A stretch of DNA of 64,000 bases, taken from NCBI RefSeq assembly GCF_000143415.4, contig NW_003314264.1, positions 600,774-664,773 of the forward strand. The letters are read 5' to 3'. The notes under the pieces were generated by a model that saw only the letters and a program-made list of their open reading frames with translations, ran no database searches and had not been told where the DNA came from. Position numbers and translations under genes: made by a program. Position 1 is the first letter of the stretch; the number at the start of each line of letters is the position of its first letter. This document shows, in pieces, positions 36,927 to 48,879 of the stretch. The DNA comes from Selaginella moellendorffii (taxonomy: Eukaryota; Plantae; Lycopodiophyta).

Positions 36927-38083
36927 TGTAAGGAACCGACTCCCCGAGATGTTGTAGGCTAAAGGATCCCCAAAAACTTGACCAAAATGACAAAGAGTTC
37001 ATCGGATGGGACCAAGTCGAGGATCGAGTCCAAGACCGACTCTAGGACCGAGTTCGAGATAGAGTCCGGAATCGAGTCCGAGACCGACTTGGGGACCGAG
37101 TTCGAGTCCGAGTTCGAGACCGAGTTCGAGACGGAGTCCGAGATCCGAAATCGGGTCCGAGACCAAGTCCGAGGTCGAGTCCGAGGTCGGGTCCGAGATC
37201 GGGTCCGAGATCGAGTCCGAGATCGAGTCCAAGACCGAATCCGAAGTTGGATCCGAAATCGGGTCCGAGATCGAGCCAGAGACTAAGTCCAAATACTAAT
37301 ACGGGTCAAGGGGTGAAAGCCCAAAGTGTGCGTCTCCCGGGGGGGGGGGGCTGCAGGGGGTTCCAAAAGTATAGTAGGGATAGTGAGGTCCAAGAACCAG
37401 TTTTGAAGGGACTCTCCAGTTGGGCTTCCAAACCGACTTGAGGTTGAGACTGGGACCGAGGGGCCTTGGGTGGGAGTGAGCATGGACTTGGGTGGTGCCG
37501 GAGGGGCCATCCAAGGAAGTGCTCAAGAGCAGCTCCCACTCCCGAAAGGGAAACCGATTGCGGTGCTCCCGGCTCATGTGGAGTGGTGCCCCACTTGAGT
37601 ACCATGCGGCTCATTGGTCCTCGCCCTTCCTAGGGGCTTGGGCTTTCTTTCGGGATGGAAGTGGGGGGCGAGAGGTACCCATACCGGGCCGCTAGGCCAC
37701 GGTGTTTCGCCCCGGCGTCCCGAAGCAAGTGTTGCACTCAAGACTTGGGATTTAGAGGTCCCATGATCAAGTCTTGTGGTACCAAGGGGTGTTAGGAATC
37801 TGGAGGCTTGGTGTGCTTGGCTGTTTGTGCCTGCGGGGAGTGTAGCCGAACCTTAAGTCCAGTCTAACCCGGAGAGGGGGATTGGGAGAGATTTGGGAAT
37901 CCGTAGATGGATGGCTAACACTCCGTTGCTCGTGCAGTAAGTAGCTAAAACCAAGTAGGACCAAGTAGGAGCTGGTACCATAGGCGGGAACCTTGGCGAG
38001 GGAACTTAGCACAAGCCAAGGCAGAGTTGGTCGGATAGACAAGGTAAGCTGGCAAATTGGAAAGGAAAAAATTGTGGCTTACA
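36927..38083 (+). repeat. Outer 3' LTR (family B), mosaic
   Basis: Preceded by PPT ATGGGTGATGGAGT; TG...CA ends. Confidence 0.95.
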
Positions 38084-40716
38084 CCAGCATAATCCTACAA
38101 AAGCAAAATTAATAAAGAATTCTGTAACATTACTAAAATTCTTACCCAAACTCTCATTCCATCGGTTGAAATAAGTTTGCAGGAACATGAGATGGTCTAA
38201 AGTAATCACCACATCGATATGGATAGACCTCATGGACGTTCCAGGTTGCAACCCAATGTGAAATATCCTTCTTGAGGTATAGAGCAAAACCACAACATAG
38301 ACTCTGGTTGTGCTATGGATTAGATACATTGAGAATTCCTATATCTTCCATGGACTCAAAAAGGTGTTTATAAAACCACACCGCGCACTCAAAGAGTTCT
38401 CTCCACAAATGCTCTATAGGCTGTAAAACAAATTTGATTTAGTCCTTATTTGGAAAAACTTTAATGCTGTGAGTACCTGGTTACATGTTGATGTCCCACA
38501 TATGAAGCTCCTAGCTGTAGGACCCCAACAGCGGACCATGTCCCTCTCAACCTCATTGTGTTCTGGAGCATTGTCGCTTCGGATGTGCTTGGGCCTTACA
38601 AATCAACGAACAGCCTGTGCATATGTGTTGAATATTGCATGGGATTTTTTGGAGGTAATTAGCTCGCAAGCTACAATATAATGAGTTGCCCGGAAAACAA
38701 TGGCACGTACATCGAAACCATAGCTTACAAGCTTGCAATATGCTACAATAAGCATATTACCACATGTGTTGACAAAAAAAAAGAAATGAAAGAATACTCA
38801 CAATCCATATGGCAAAGTGCATATGCCTCGTCGTTCTTATAAATCCATTGTCGAATCCTTGTCATGTGCCTTTGTTCCAGCCTACTGGGATCATGAGTGG
38901 CTAAAGCCTCACAAATTTGGCATCGGCAAAACTGGTATCCTCCAGTTCGACAGCTAGATTGGGAATTGATAATCCCCCAGTTTGTGCCACCTCAATTCAT
39001 GGCATTGTTATTTCGAACGTGATGAAGTACCTCTTCGGGTGGTACTTTGTAATATACACCTCTACAATTTAGATCAACAAGCTGCATCTATTTGTATAGT
39101 GTTGGCTTAGAAATTCTAAGATAGCATGCGAGGTAAAAGCAGTAGTCTTAGTCTTGAGGATTGTCAGGTGCATCCAAGTGCCAAATGCAGCTAGACTACC
39201 GAATGCCCTCGATTGCAAAAAATTATAGAAAGCCTAGAAACGTGCAAATCATGAATTTAGAAGGCTAGAAACTAAGCAAACCTCTAGGAGAGCATCATTG
39301 TCACTATCCATACTGGAACCGCAGTCTGAATCACTAAAATTGGATGGAAGGCCATCCATGTTGTCTTCCTCGTCTTCCAGTAACCTAGATGAAAAAGTTT
39401 CAGTGACACAAATTTGAAGTAAACTAGCGAGGGAACTATACTCATGGTAAGAACTTGAAAGTCTATAGAGAGCAATCGAGTAGTAAATCAAAGCTAGTTC
39501 CAACACTGCCCACGAAAACATTTGAAACCAATCACTAGCAAACCAAGTTAACTTCCACATCTGCTACCAAGAAACATGTGCTTTCCATCGCACTTTAGGG
39601 TTAATTTCTTAGTGGGGCAGCTTGCACCCTGCTGCCATGACCAGGCGCTAAAGCAAGGAAGCATCTCCTAAACCCTATGACCTAATGAATCCCTATGTCA
39701 TGGGGTCAAACTTGATGATATGTGACATCTATGTATAGAACATTGTTCATATTATGGGGACATCATCAACCCATCGGGCCAGCATCCATGGGGTATCCAT
39801 GAGGGATCCAAATGACATTTAATGCCAAACCAATAGAAAACTGCCACATGGACACTGTATTGTGAGTGAAATTTGCTACAGTAACACTCACCCTTTTACA
39901 AATTGCACACCATAGCTTGTTTAAGCAGCTTTTATGTATAGGTATGCTCATCCCTCTAGACATTGTGAATAGGGCTTCAGTCACATTATTTCAATTTAAG
40001 GTTTTTAGGTTTTTTTGCTATTTTGTAAGAGCTGCTCTCTTTCTTTAGAGTGTTAGATGGACTCTTCACATGGTATTAGAGGCATAATGCTTTAGACATT
40101 AGGTGTCATCTCTATCCTCTTGGAGAAATGGAGCAATGAATTTCCTTGATGCAAAATTCTGGTTTATGAGGTGGGGATTTTGGCTTGTGGTGTCTAGAAT
40201 GACAAAATGATAAAAGTTGATAAAGGTTTGTGGGTTTATTTTTTATTGCTTGGCTTGTTGCCACACATTGCCATTTACAGTTGCATTGTGTGGCAAAATC
40301 ATCTATACTAACAATAAAATCAGTTTTCAACAATTATACAAATGCATATATGTGGTGAGTGTAAGCAATCTTGAGTTTGAGTTTTTATTACTACAAGTGG
40401 TTTTTAAGATTGCATATTTGAGACTTTTCCTTTTTGTTTCATACTTTTTAATTTTTTTTTCCTTCCCTTTATTTTTATTTTCTTTCTTTTTACATTTACT
40501 TCCATCACTTTGGCCTTCCCATCAATGTTTCTGTTCAATATTTTTATTTTGCTCCTTTATTTCTCAAATCCCTCCAACAATCTTTATATTATAGCAATTG
40601 ACTAGCTCAAGAAAGAGTATTCTAATCTCTTCAACTTTGAATTATTATCCTCAAGCAAAAGCCAAAATTGGCATTGCTTTGAAAGTGCAAGCTTGTGGAC
40701 ATAAATTTGCCATCAA

Positions 40717-40944
40717 ATGAGGAAGACTGGAGGATGGAGTGCTGCAAAGATACTAATTTTAGAGATGCTAGCCAAGATCAAGAAGAAGGATCCCAGCATG
40801 TACAAGCCAAAGGTGAAGTTTTCCGATAACAATGGTGATGAAATCCAGGAAGAGAAGGCTTTGAAGGAGAGGAAGAAACCAATGTACTTGAAAGATGTTC
40901 TGGCTAAGCAAGTTCTGGAAAATCCTGAGGGGGACAAGGATTGA
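40717..40944 (+). pseudogene. KRI1-like exon fragment, copy 3
   Basis: Same motif, KKPMYLKDVLAKQ. Confidence 0.6.
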
Positions 40945-40964
40945 AATCCTCCACAACACTCACT

Positions 40965-42609
40965 TCATTTATCTGCAGCATCAGGATCCAAAATTCTAAT
41001 ACTTTCAAGGTCCACCCCCAGCATGAAAGCTCGGCTGGAAGGTCGTCTATGTAGCTCAGCAAAAGAGCCAGCCACATTGTCCTCGAGGGATTGTCAATGA
41101 AACATTTGCCATTGATAAAGACGACCTTCTAGGAGGTGTTCTTCCAAAGTTGCCAAAGATATCCAGCCACAGTAGCAAGAGCAGTGGTCTGGAGGAAGGT
41201 TGTCATTATCCAAAGTGCCGTGTCTCAAGGCCGATACGAAACTTTTTATCTCCGTAAGAGTGAGCGACCCATGTACATGTATGTTTTACTCCATTCCAGA
41301 GAAAGCGGAAGTATGGAGCTCCCGAAAAGTCGCATGGCTTGTCCAGTCAGTGCCATCGTCAGCAAAATCTGCGGTCAGGTTCTCGTTCAGCTTCTTGGCC
41401 CAGGCGATCTTGTCTAACACAAAAAATTATGGCCTAGACATCATTTTTACCAGGCACCTAAGAATCGGCTGGAGGAAGTCCCGCTGCTGGCGCTGATGCT
41501 GTGAGAGGCACAATAAAGTCTATGGAGGAATGGCCACAGAATTAAACACAGCCAAAGGGCAAACGGGGGTGAGAATGACCACAAGGATGCGGAGATTACC
41601 AGATATCCACACAGAAAGAAAGAAACAGATTCAGGAAGCAAAAATCCTTAACCGTGACCAGACAGGGAAAGCAAAGCAGGACAGTGGAGCCGCTCCGGGA
41701 TAAAGAGTTGCTGCTGCTCCGGGTGAAAGAGAGGCTGCTGCGGGAGAGGAGAACTCGGTTAGTCATCTCTTCCATGTGTGGTTATGGTCAGGGATTTCGC
41801 GACACAGATCTGAGAGACGAAGGGGTACTCGACAGAGAGGGCTACCAGATTAGCAGCGACGAAATTTGAAAGAAAAGGCATCGCGGAATGACCAAGTAAA
41901 ACACAAGACAGACATGAAAAGCAAACAAAGGGGCTTTGGAGGAACGCACAGACTTGTGAGCAGAACTGAGCAAACTATAGTGTCAGGCTACCAGTCATCC
42001 CAAAAAGAAGACACCCAACTAAACAGACAGCATTAAAGTAGCATCCAGAACTGGACAAATGGAATACCAAGAACTGGACAGAAAATGGGCTTTCCCAATT
42101 GCTTACCAGATCCGTGCACTGCAACATTCAGAACAAAACAAAGTTAGTATTAGATCTAGAAGAAAAAACCAGGGTCTCAACAGCCATAGCCATACAAGGA
42201 CGACCAAGGGAGCATGCGTCAGCATAGCCAAAAGCCACACTTCCAGCAACCCAAAATAAAAGCGAATTGAAGCCACCTCTGGCAAAATCCTTAACCATGG
42301 CCGAAAGCAGCCATAGCCACATGGAACCACACACACAGCAAAACGCCCCAAATCGAGGGGGAAAGCTAAATACACAAAGAATGACTTACCATTACATTGG
42401 AGGAGGAGGAGTTCCTTCTTCCGCAGCTGTAATTTTTCCTTCCGCAGCTGTTCTTTTTCCTTCCGCAGCTGCTCTTCCTTCTTCTGCCAATAGTCCGCCA
42501 GAGATAGATTGTCACTCTGAAAGGCAGAGAGAAAAGATTTCCCAGCCGCTTGGATCTGCGGCTCAAGAAGCCCGATTTGAGCCTCCACCTTAGCCAATTC
42601 CTCGTCCAT
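40965..42609 (-). pseudogene. Crinkler-like pseudogene, copy 3
   Basis: MDEELAKVEAQI...KKEEQLRKEKEQLRKEKLQLRKKELLLLQ plus the same NTPase-like exon. Confidence 0.55.
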
Positions 42610-42797
42610 TTCGTTAGTTGAAACCCTCGCCGCCGCGCGCTGGAATCGATGATCCGGAGAGCGATCAAGAGCGACAGTGGCGCCCTAGAATCGTCAGGGA
42701 CCGCACGATTTTCATCCGACGGCCCGGTGGTTTAGACCACTAACTCAATTATAAACACAAGAGACAAAAAGTGAAAACTTAGCCACAATTTTGTTTG

Positions 42798-42851
42798 TAT
42801 GGCATGCAATTCATAAAAGGGTGGATTTTACAACGGTGGATTTCATTCACA
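42798..42851 (+). repeat. Left TIR, copy 3
   Basis: TATGGCATGCAATTCATAAAAGGGTG...GATTTCATTCACA. Confidence 0.88.
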
Positions 42852-43589
42852 CTAGGTGTATGTGTACTATTGGTCCATGTGTATCAAAACACAAGCATAG
42901 AATATTTTACGAATATCCAATCCTTATGCCCCAAATGGGCATCATGCTTATAACAATGACCCATGCTATGTATGGAATGGCGCTATTCATGGCCCATATA
43001 CCCATTCATCCCATGCATTCTAGCAAGTTGTTAATGTTGTAAACCAAATGGACAATTGACTAAATTGTATACCATATTACTTTATCTAGGGTACTATATT
43101 CTCACATCTTGCTCTTGGCGCTCATGGCAAAAGAATTAAATTATCCTTTTCTGGCACACCTCTTTTAACATAGTGTTCATAACAAGTGTAAGTGGACTCC
43201 ATTTAGCTCCATTGCAAAGCCATGGATATATACTATCTGGAGTCATGTCTCTAATGCATCCCATTGAGTTTATATTTCGTTGCCATTGATTTCCAGTGTA
43301 GCTCTCTCAACACTTTAGTTTTGTACCAAGATGCTTAGAAGATTTGCATATGACTCAAAAGTAAGTTGAAGTCTAACTAATTTGATGAATTGGTGGGGTT
43401 TATATTTCAATTGTGTACTACGTAAAGGTGCATAGTGTTGATGTTTGGACCTGGAGTTCTCTCAACAAGAGCATGCTAAAGGAGATTTAGGAATGTGGAA
43501 GTTGTAATTGCATGTAGTAACATTTAGGATAACAAAAGACACTTTCAACATTTTTCAATTAAAATTTTCAATAATTTTCAAATTGGACC

Positions 43590-44424
43590 TGGAGTTATCT
43601 CAAGAGGAGCATGCTAAAGGAGATTTGAGAATATGGAAGTTGCAATTGCATGCAGTAACATTCAGGTGAGAAGAGCAATAACAATGGACACTTACAATAT
43701 TTCCAATCATAATTATTTCAAATTTTGAAATTTGTAAAAAGGGTTTCCAAGCATGGGGCAAAACTATCCAATGTATCCTGTGTGCTACAGCCAAAGAACT
43801 GGAGTTTTCAGGGATTGAAAGTTCGTACTCACTTTGGTAAGAGTATATTTGTGATAGTTTCCTATATGCTCTAACCCTTTTGCAATGTTTGAAGTTTCTA
43901 AGTTTACTCCTAGCATGGCAAACTGGAGAGGATTCTATGACTTTTTTGAGGCACAATAATGGATCCAACAAGGGATAGGACCAAGGATTCTATATAATGC
44001 CTCCTCCTCTCAAGGCTTGACAATCCCTCCAACAAGGCAACCCAAGACTACTTCTAATGTTGTGCCAATCACTGAGGGGAAAGGTCTTGCTAAAGAAAGC
44101 GATAGCAAGGGATATGTTACTACTCGAGATGCAAGCAAGGACGAGTTCACAGACCTAGAGGGTGATTTTGGTTCTACCATGAAACAAGCTAAGAGTTCCT
44201 CAAGCAAGGATGAGTATCATATAGCACCCAAGCTCAATAGTTTTGACCCAGATCCTAAATTGGGAGTTGCTTTGGAAGCTAAAGTGATTACCCTTGGTGA
44301 GGCAAGCATAAGCCAAAAGGGTACTAGGGCCCCAAATGCCTATAATGGGCATTTGTGGAATATTTTGAATATTCTTACCTTTAACTTTGTTAATGAACTG
44401 GAAAGAGTCTCTTTCAAAGTGTGA
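43590..44424 (+). pseudogene. Possible third, convergent spliced gene of the TIR transposon (function unknown); also at ~12370-13127
   Basis: Copy 2 can be spliced as ...VAIACNNIQ|GFQAWGKTIQYMLHATTEELDFSGIGSSCSLW|...; the terminal exon is open for over 100 codons in both copies (12798-13127, 44017-44424). Confidence 0.35.
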
Positions 44425-44469
44425 CACATATTTCAAGATAATTATCTATTTTTATTGTGAAAGTGTTTA

Positions 44470-47400
44470 GATTATGGTACTTCCACAACATCAACCTAAT
44501 CCATACAAGCTCTCTAGATTTTGGAGTGCCCGGGTGGATCTTGTGTTTGGTCCACTCCATTGACGTGTATGTTAAAGGGAAGAAAACTTCTCGTGTGCAT
44601 GTGGAGAACCTGGGAAATCGAGTAGATGATGTACCCTGTCTCTCAATGTGGATCCAAATAGGCTCTCCCGATCAGAACTCTAGAGAATCAACCGCAAAGT
44701 GATGGAACTTGGATAACTCTTTCAGGCTCATATTTATAAAATGTTCAAACATACAAGAGTTTTAGTTATTTGTGAAAGTAAATAGTTACCTCGAATGATA
44801 TCCACAATCCAGCTATGGAAGTTCTCTCCAAAGTCTTAATCAAAGATTAGGCAGTTGATGACCTCTACGGGAGGAATGATCATCCTTACCTGGAAGACCT
44901 GTAACAAAGCATCTCTCCCAATGAGTGAAAGCCCACCTAGCAATGCTGAACTTTTGTAAGGCCTCTGATGAGCTTCCATGCGTATTGAGTATTGGAAGCC
45001 ATCTCAGACTAAGGCTCCCACTACATTTGGCTCGATGAATAGGTGATGCCAGACCACCGCAGCCACACATGCTTCCACAGCCTGCTCATAACCTTCACCA
45101 AGTTCGGTGAGTCTAGACTCAAGCACTGTGTTGTAGTCGGTAATTGCAAGGTTCTCTAGGATGGAATCCACAGACTTGTGCTGATCACCCTCCTCCTTTA
45201 GGCTTGATGCACCTTGCAATTGGTTGAGTGCATTCCAGATATGCGGCACGTATACCTTGAGGTTCATCTCATATAGTCCTCCTCGGGCAAATCATTGGTC
45301 ATTCTCATTTAGAACCTCTCGGGCTGCAATTGCTAATATTGCAATTGTACACCCGCGAAATACTTGTGCATTACATTCGAACGCTTGGAATAGCAACCAT
45401 GCCACAAAGATAGCCTGTGCATATAGAAATGAGGAGCATATAAAACTTGTGCTTTAAACTTAACTTACCACATCCCGCTCATCTTGTCACAACGTCCTAG
45501 AATGCATTGGCATCCTGGAATGCCAATACGTGGCTCCTTCCCTAAGCACAAACAGTTCACGCGTCTATAACACAAAGTTACTTTAGTGAGCCAAGTGAAA
45601 ATTAAACTTACCGATCCTGGAATTTGGTGAATACTAATGGCTTTTGCATGTGGCCCACCCACATCTATTGTGGATTCCTCCCACACCAAAGCTCCTCCAA
45701 TCTCAGACGTATAGACCACTTTGTAATCTGGTATGCGGAGATTAGTATTGAAGGTGAACTAGAAACAATTAAATTCATTGTTTGGTGCAATGAGGGAACT
45801 CCAATTCATAGGCAATCCATTGCTTACCAGAATGCAAGATGGCCTCAAACGTGTACAAGCAAGTTTGTATAGCTGAAACATGGCCTTTTCGATGCAAAAA
45901 CAAGAGAACTTATAATACAGTGTTTCAGCAATGTCAAATAATTGTCTCAATTGTTGTGCAGCTGCCCAATTCTTAGGTAGGTCCCTACACAAAACAATAA
46001 GATGGTACTAAGTGCTAAAATATAAATACACGTACCTCTTCTCAATGAACCATGCTATTATGGACTCAACAATTAAAAGAGGCACATTGATACTTACTTT
46101 AGCAAGGAGTTGTTGGATTGTGTTGTTACAAAACACATCCTCGTACTGTGCATCTGAAAGGCTAAATTTAAGGAGAACACTCTCCCAATCCTGCCAATGA
46201 GGCATGGCTTGGCTGAAAAAGCACGCGCGGAAGAAATATTTCACCGCCAGCCCGATGGAACTCAAGGTGTTTATCAATAGTGTCTAGCATATATTCGTCA
46301 CTTGTGCTCTCCACGCTAAAGCAACCAAGAAGCTTGTGTTTCAACTATTGCACCTGTGATAGAACTTTAGCATCCCTCTATGCCCTCATCTCAAGGGCTA
46401 TGGTGGCATCCTGTAAGGCAAAAACCTCCTCATACTACAGCATGATGAAGTTAGCACTATCTTGAGTGGTTAACTGAACAACTTCATTAAATGCATTAGT
46501 GGCATCAATCCATCATTGTTGACGCTCCAACAATCTACATGCAAATGTTAGTTCAATTTTGAATGGCATAATTTTTAATTATCTTACTCTACTGTAGAAA
46601 AGTTGTCAAGCAACTCCATAAGAGTAAGTGAAGTGGAGCTCCTTCCCTCTAGAAAGGGGGGTGGAGGCACACCATGGTCTTCAAGGCCTCCACCATCATT
46701 GTCATAGGCATATTTACACTCAAAAATTAGAAAATGAAGAAAATAATCATTTATGTTAATACTTTTTACCAGCTGTATAGCCTGGAGCCACTATCTCTAG
46801 TGACAAGGATGTCTCCAGAGATCTTTACTGCAGTTCATCCCCACCATCACCTTGTTCTTCGACTCCAGTGATGTCCATGTTGTCTTGTGTGGGGAGAGTT
46901 TCTTTTGGTAATGGAAGAATATCCTCTTCATCTGTAGAGTCTTCTTCTTTATTATTCTCATTTTGGTTTGGTTCCTGCATGGGGAGAAATGGCTTTATCA
47001 CCAAGGGATCATCATTTGCAGTCAAGGTATTTGTAGCAACTACAACTGCAAAGACCACAACATATATTTGTGAGGAGGGAACTTAAAAAACAAAATAACT
47101 TATATTCATAAATATTCTTCTCTTTGAATGCTTGGGCTTGTTTTTGATAACTTAGCCAATGTTTGTCAATATGATGCTCCATAATATTGTATAGGTATAT
47201 TATTGTTACCTGGTTGCTATTGGCCTTGTTTGTTATAGCTCCCCATGATGTTAGAGGAGGCCAGTAGCAAGGCCAAATAGAGCTGAGGCCAAATTTTGCA
47301 AACTCGGCATGGGCCTCACCACCATTGGACTACCTTGCATGTTGGACAAATGCTTCTGGGTTGGTCATGGATGAAGGTTGGATTCTTGAGGCTTGGAGTG

Positions 47401-48730
47401 ATAGTAGAATCGCATGTTGGGCCGTGCCGGGCTAGAAAGGAATACTGGAGTATAAGCCACCCCATATGAGACACTCTGGGAGGTCCACTACCAGCTCATC
47501 AAGTTCTGTCACCTTCACAGATGGCTCTCTTTTCTACCCATACAAGTGTGCATGCCAAGTCTTCGGGATTGCAATCCACTTGGTGATAAGAACTGTGGTG
47601 AACGGCCAGGGGACCAAAGGTGTCATAGATGACATCCCACCAATGACTTTGGATTGACTGCCATGATGTCCATGACGACAAGATAAGGACTGCCGATTGT
47701 TATCAGCTTAGGTGTGCACTGCAGCCACAAGTGGTCAGAGAGTCTAGCACAGTGAAATGAAAATGAGTTAAACAAATCCAAAGAAAAAAAAAATGAAGAG
47801 TGCATGGGGTCATGTTATACCTGTGGCTCATATGGCAGCCCGCCTTGAGTGTCAGCTTGAACATATTTGGATGTCGAAGCTCCACTAAATGATGATGTTG
47901 ATCCTTGGGAGTAGTTGTGGAATGCTAATAGGGAACTATAAGCTCGCTGGTGTGGCAGCATTGTCAACTCACCCTACGTAGAAAAACATATGGAAAAATG
48001 ACGGGTACAAATGAAAAACTTACCGAGCTAGACCACTTGTTGCTTCGGGAGGTAGATGGGCCAGGTACTGGCACTTGTACCAGTAGATGGAGTTGCAAGA
48101 GTTGTAGCGGCTGGTGGAGTTGCGGGGCTAGTAGCAGTGGCACTATATGGGGTTCCATGAGCACGTCCTGTAGTTGGTGTTGGTGGCAGCATTCTAGATT
48201 GGATGACACCGTAGGCATGAGGCATCCGGACTTGCTTGTTTCAGACACTCGGGCTGCTACTTTCCAAGGAAGGCAAGGAGAAGGAAACATGCTGGAGGTT
48301 TTGCATATGTTGTAGTGTATGCAATGTTAGGCGGCACTCTATTTGCTCAAATGCAGTCAGGAGCTGTAGATGGGATGCTGTTGGAGTTGATGTCCTTGTT
48401 GCGAAGCTTGGAAAATCAAGTGGTTGGCGTGTGTCTCGTAGGATTGTTAGCTGTACCAATTGCAAAACATTGAGTGCTTAGTTGCGTGCTCACAAGGTGT
48501 TTCCTGCATAGTGTCTATTGGTATTGAGGCGTGCAGCATTCTTGCTTCGAGCCTAGAAACCACAAGGGATTGGTTATGCAAACCTAATCGAGGAGAAGCT
48601 ACCCACCATCACAACTGTGGCGCTCTTGCTTGGGCGGTGGTCCTACGATTAGGGGAGTGTGCACTAGAAGCCTTTCCTCCGGTTAGATGACACGAATCGA
48701 TTGGAAGAATGAACAAACCATTGACAAAAT
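44470..48730 (-). pseudogene. Multi-exon HECT E3 ubiquitin-ligase-like gene, copy 3
   Basis: N-lobe KVVY...EESTIDVGGP (45651-45720, cf. GExxxDxGG). C-lobe ELSKFHHFAVDS...TSSTRFPRFSTCTREVFFPLTYTSMEWTKHKI (cf. LPxAHTCxxxLxLPxYxSxE), with the Cys codon at 44597-44599. Exon boundaries are approximate. Confidence 0.72.
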
Positions 48731-48879
48731 CATGTCATAAAATGAAATTGCCCCATATCCAAGGCACAATTAATAATGGTGGGACTTTGTGTAAACCCTA
48801 ATCCCGTGGGAACCCTTAATTTGAACAAATCAAGAATTGAATTTAAATTTGAAATATATACTAAAGAACACTCAATTTT

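Larger units (their letters stand above)
25329..38083 (+). mobile_element. Ty3/Gypsy chromovirus (Galadriel-like, family B), outer element
   Basis: LTRs at 25329-26496 and 36927-38083 (TGTAAG...CTTACA); TSD CCAAC/CCAGC (empty site CCAGC at ~6758); PBS TGGTATCAGAGC 26500-26511; domain order gag-PR-RT-RH-IN-chromodomain. The clade is suggested only by RT motifs ([24 protein letters not shown]). Confidence 0.95.
24975..39466 (-). pseudogene. DDE transposase, copy 2 (split by the chromovirus at 25329-38083)
   Basis: 38084-39466 and 24975-25328 are collinear with copy 1. Confidence 0.8.
11523..39914 (-). mobile_element. IS3EU-like TIR DNA transposon, copy 2, interrupted by two LTR elements
   Basis: Starts TATGGTGTGCAATTCGTAAAAAGGTG at 11523 and ends ...AATTGCACACCATA at 39914; flanks GTTTG / GCTTG. 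Confidence 0.85.
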
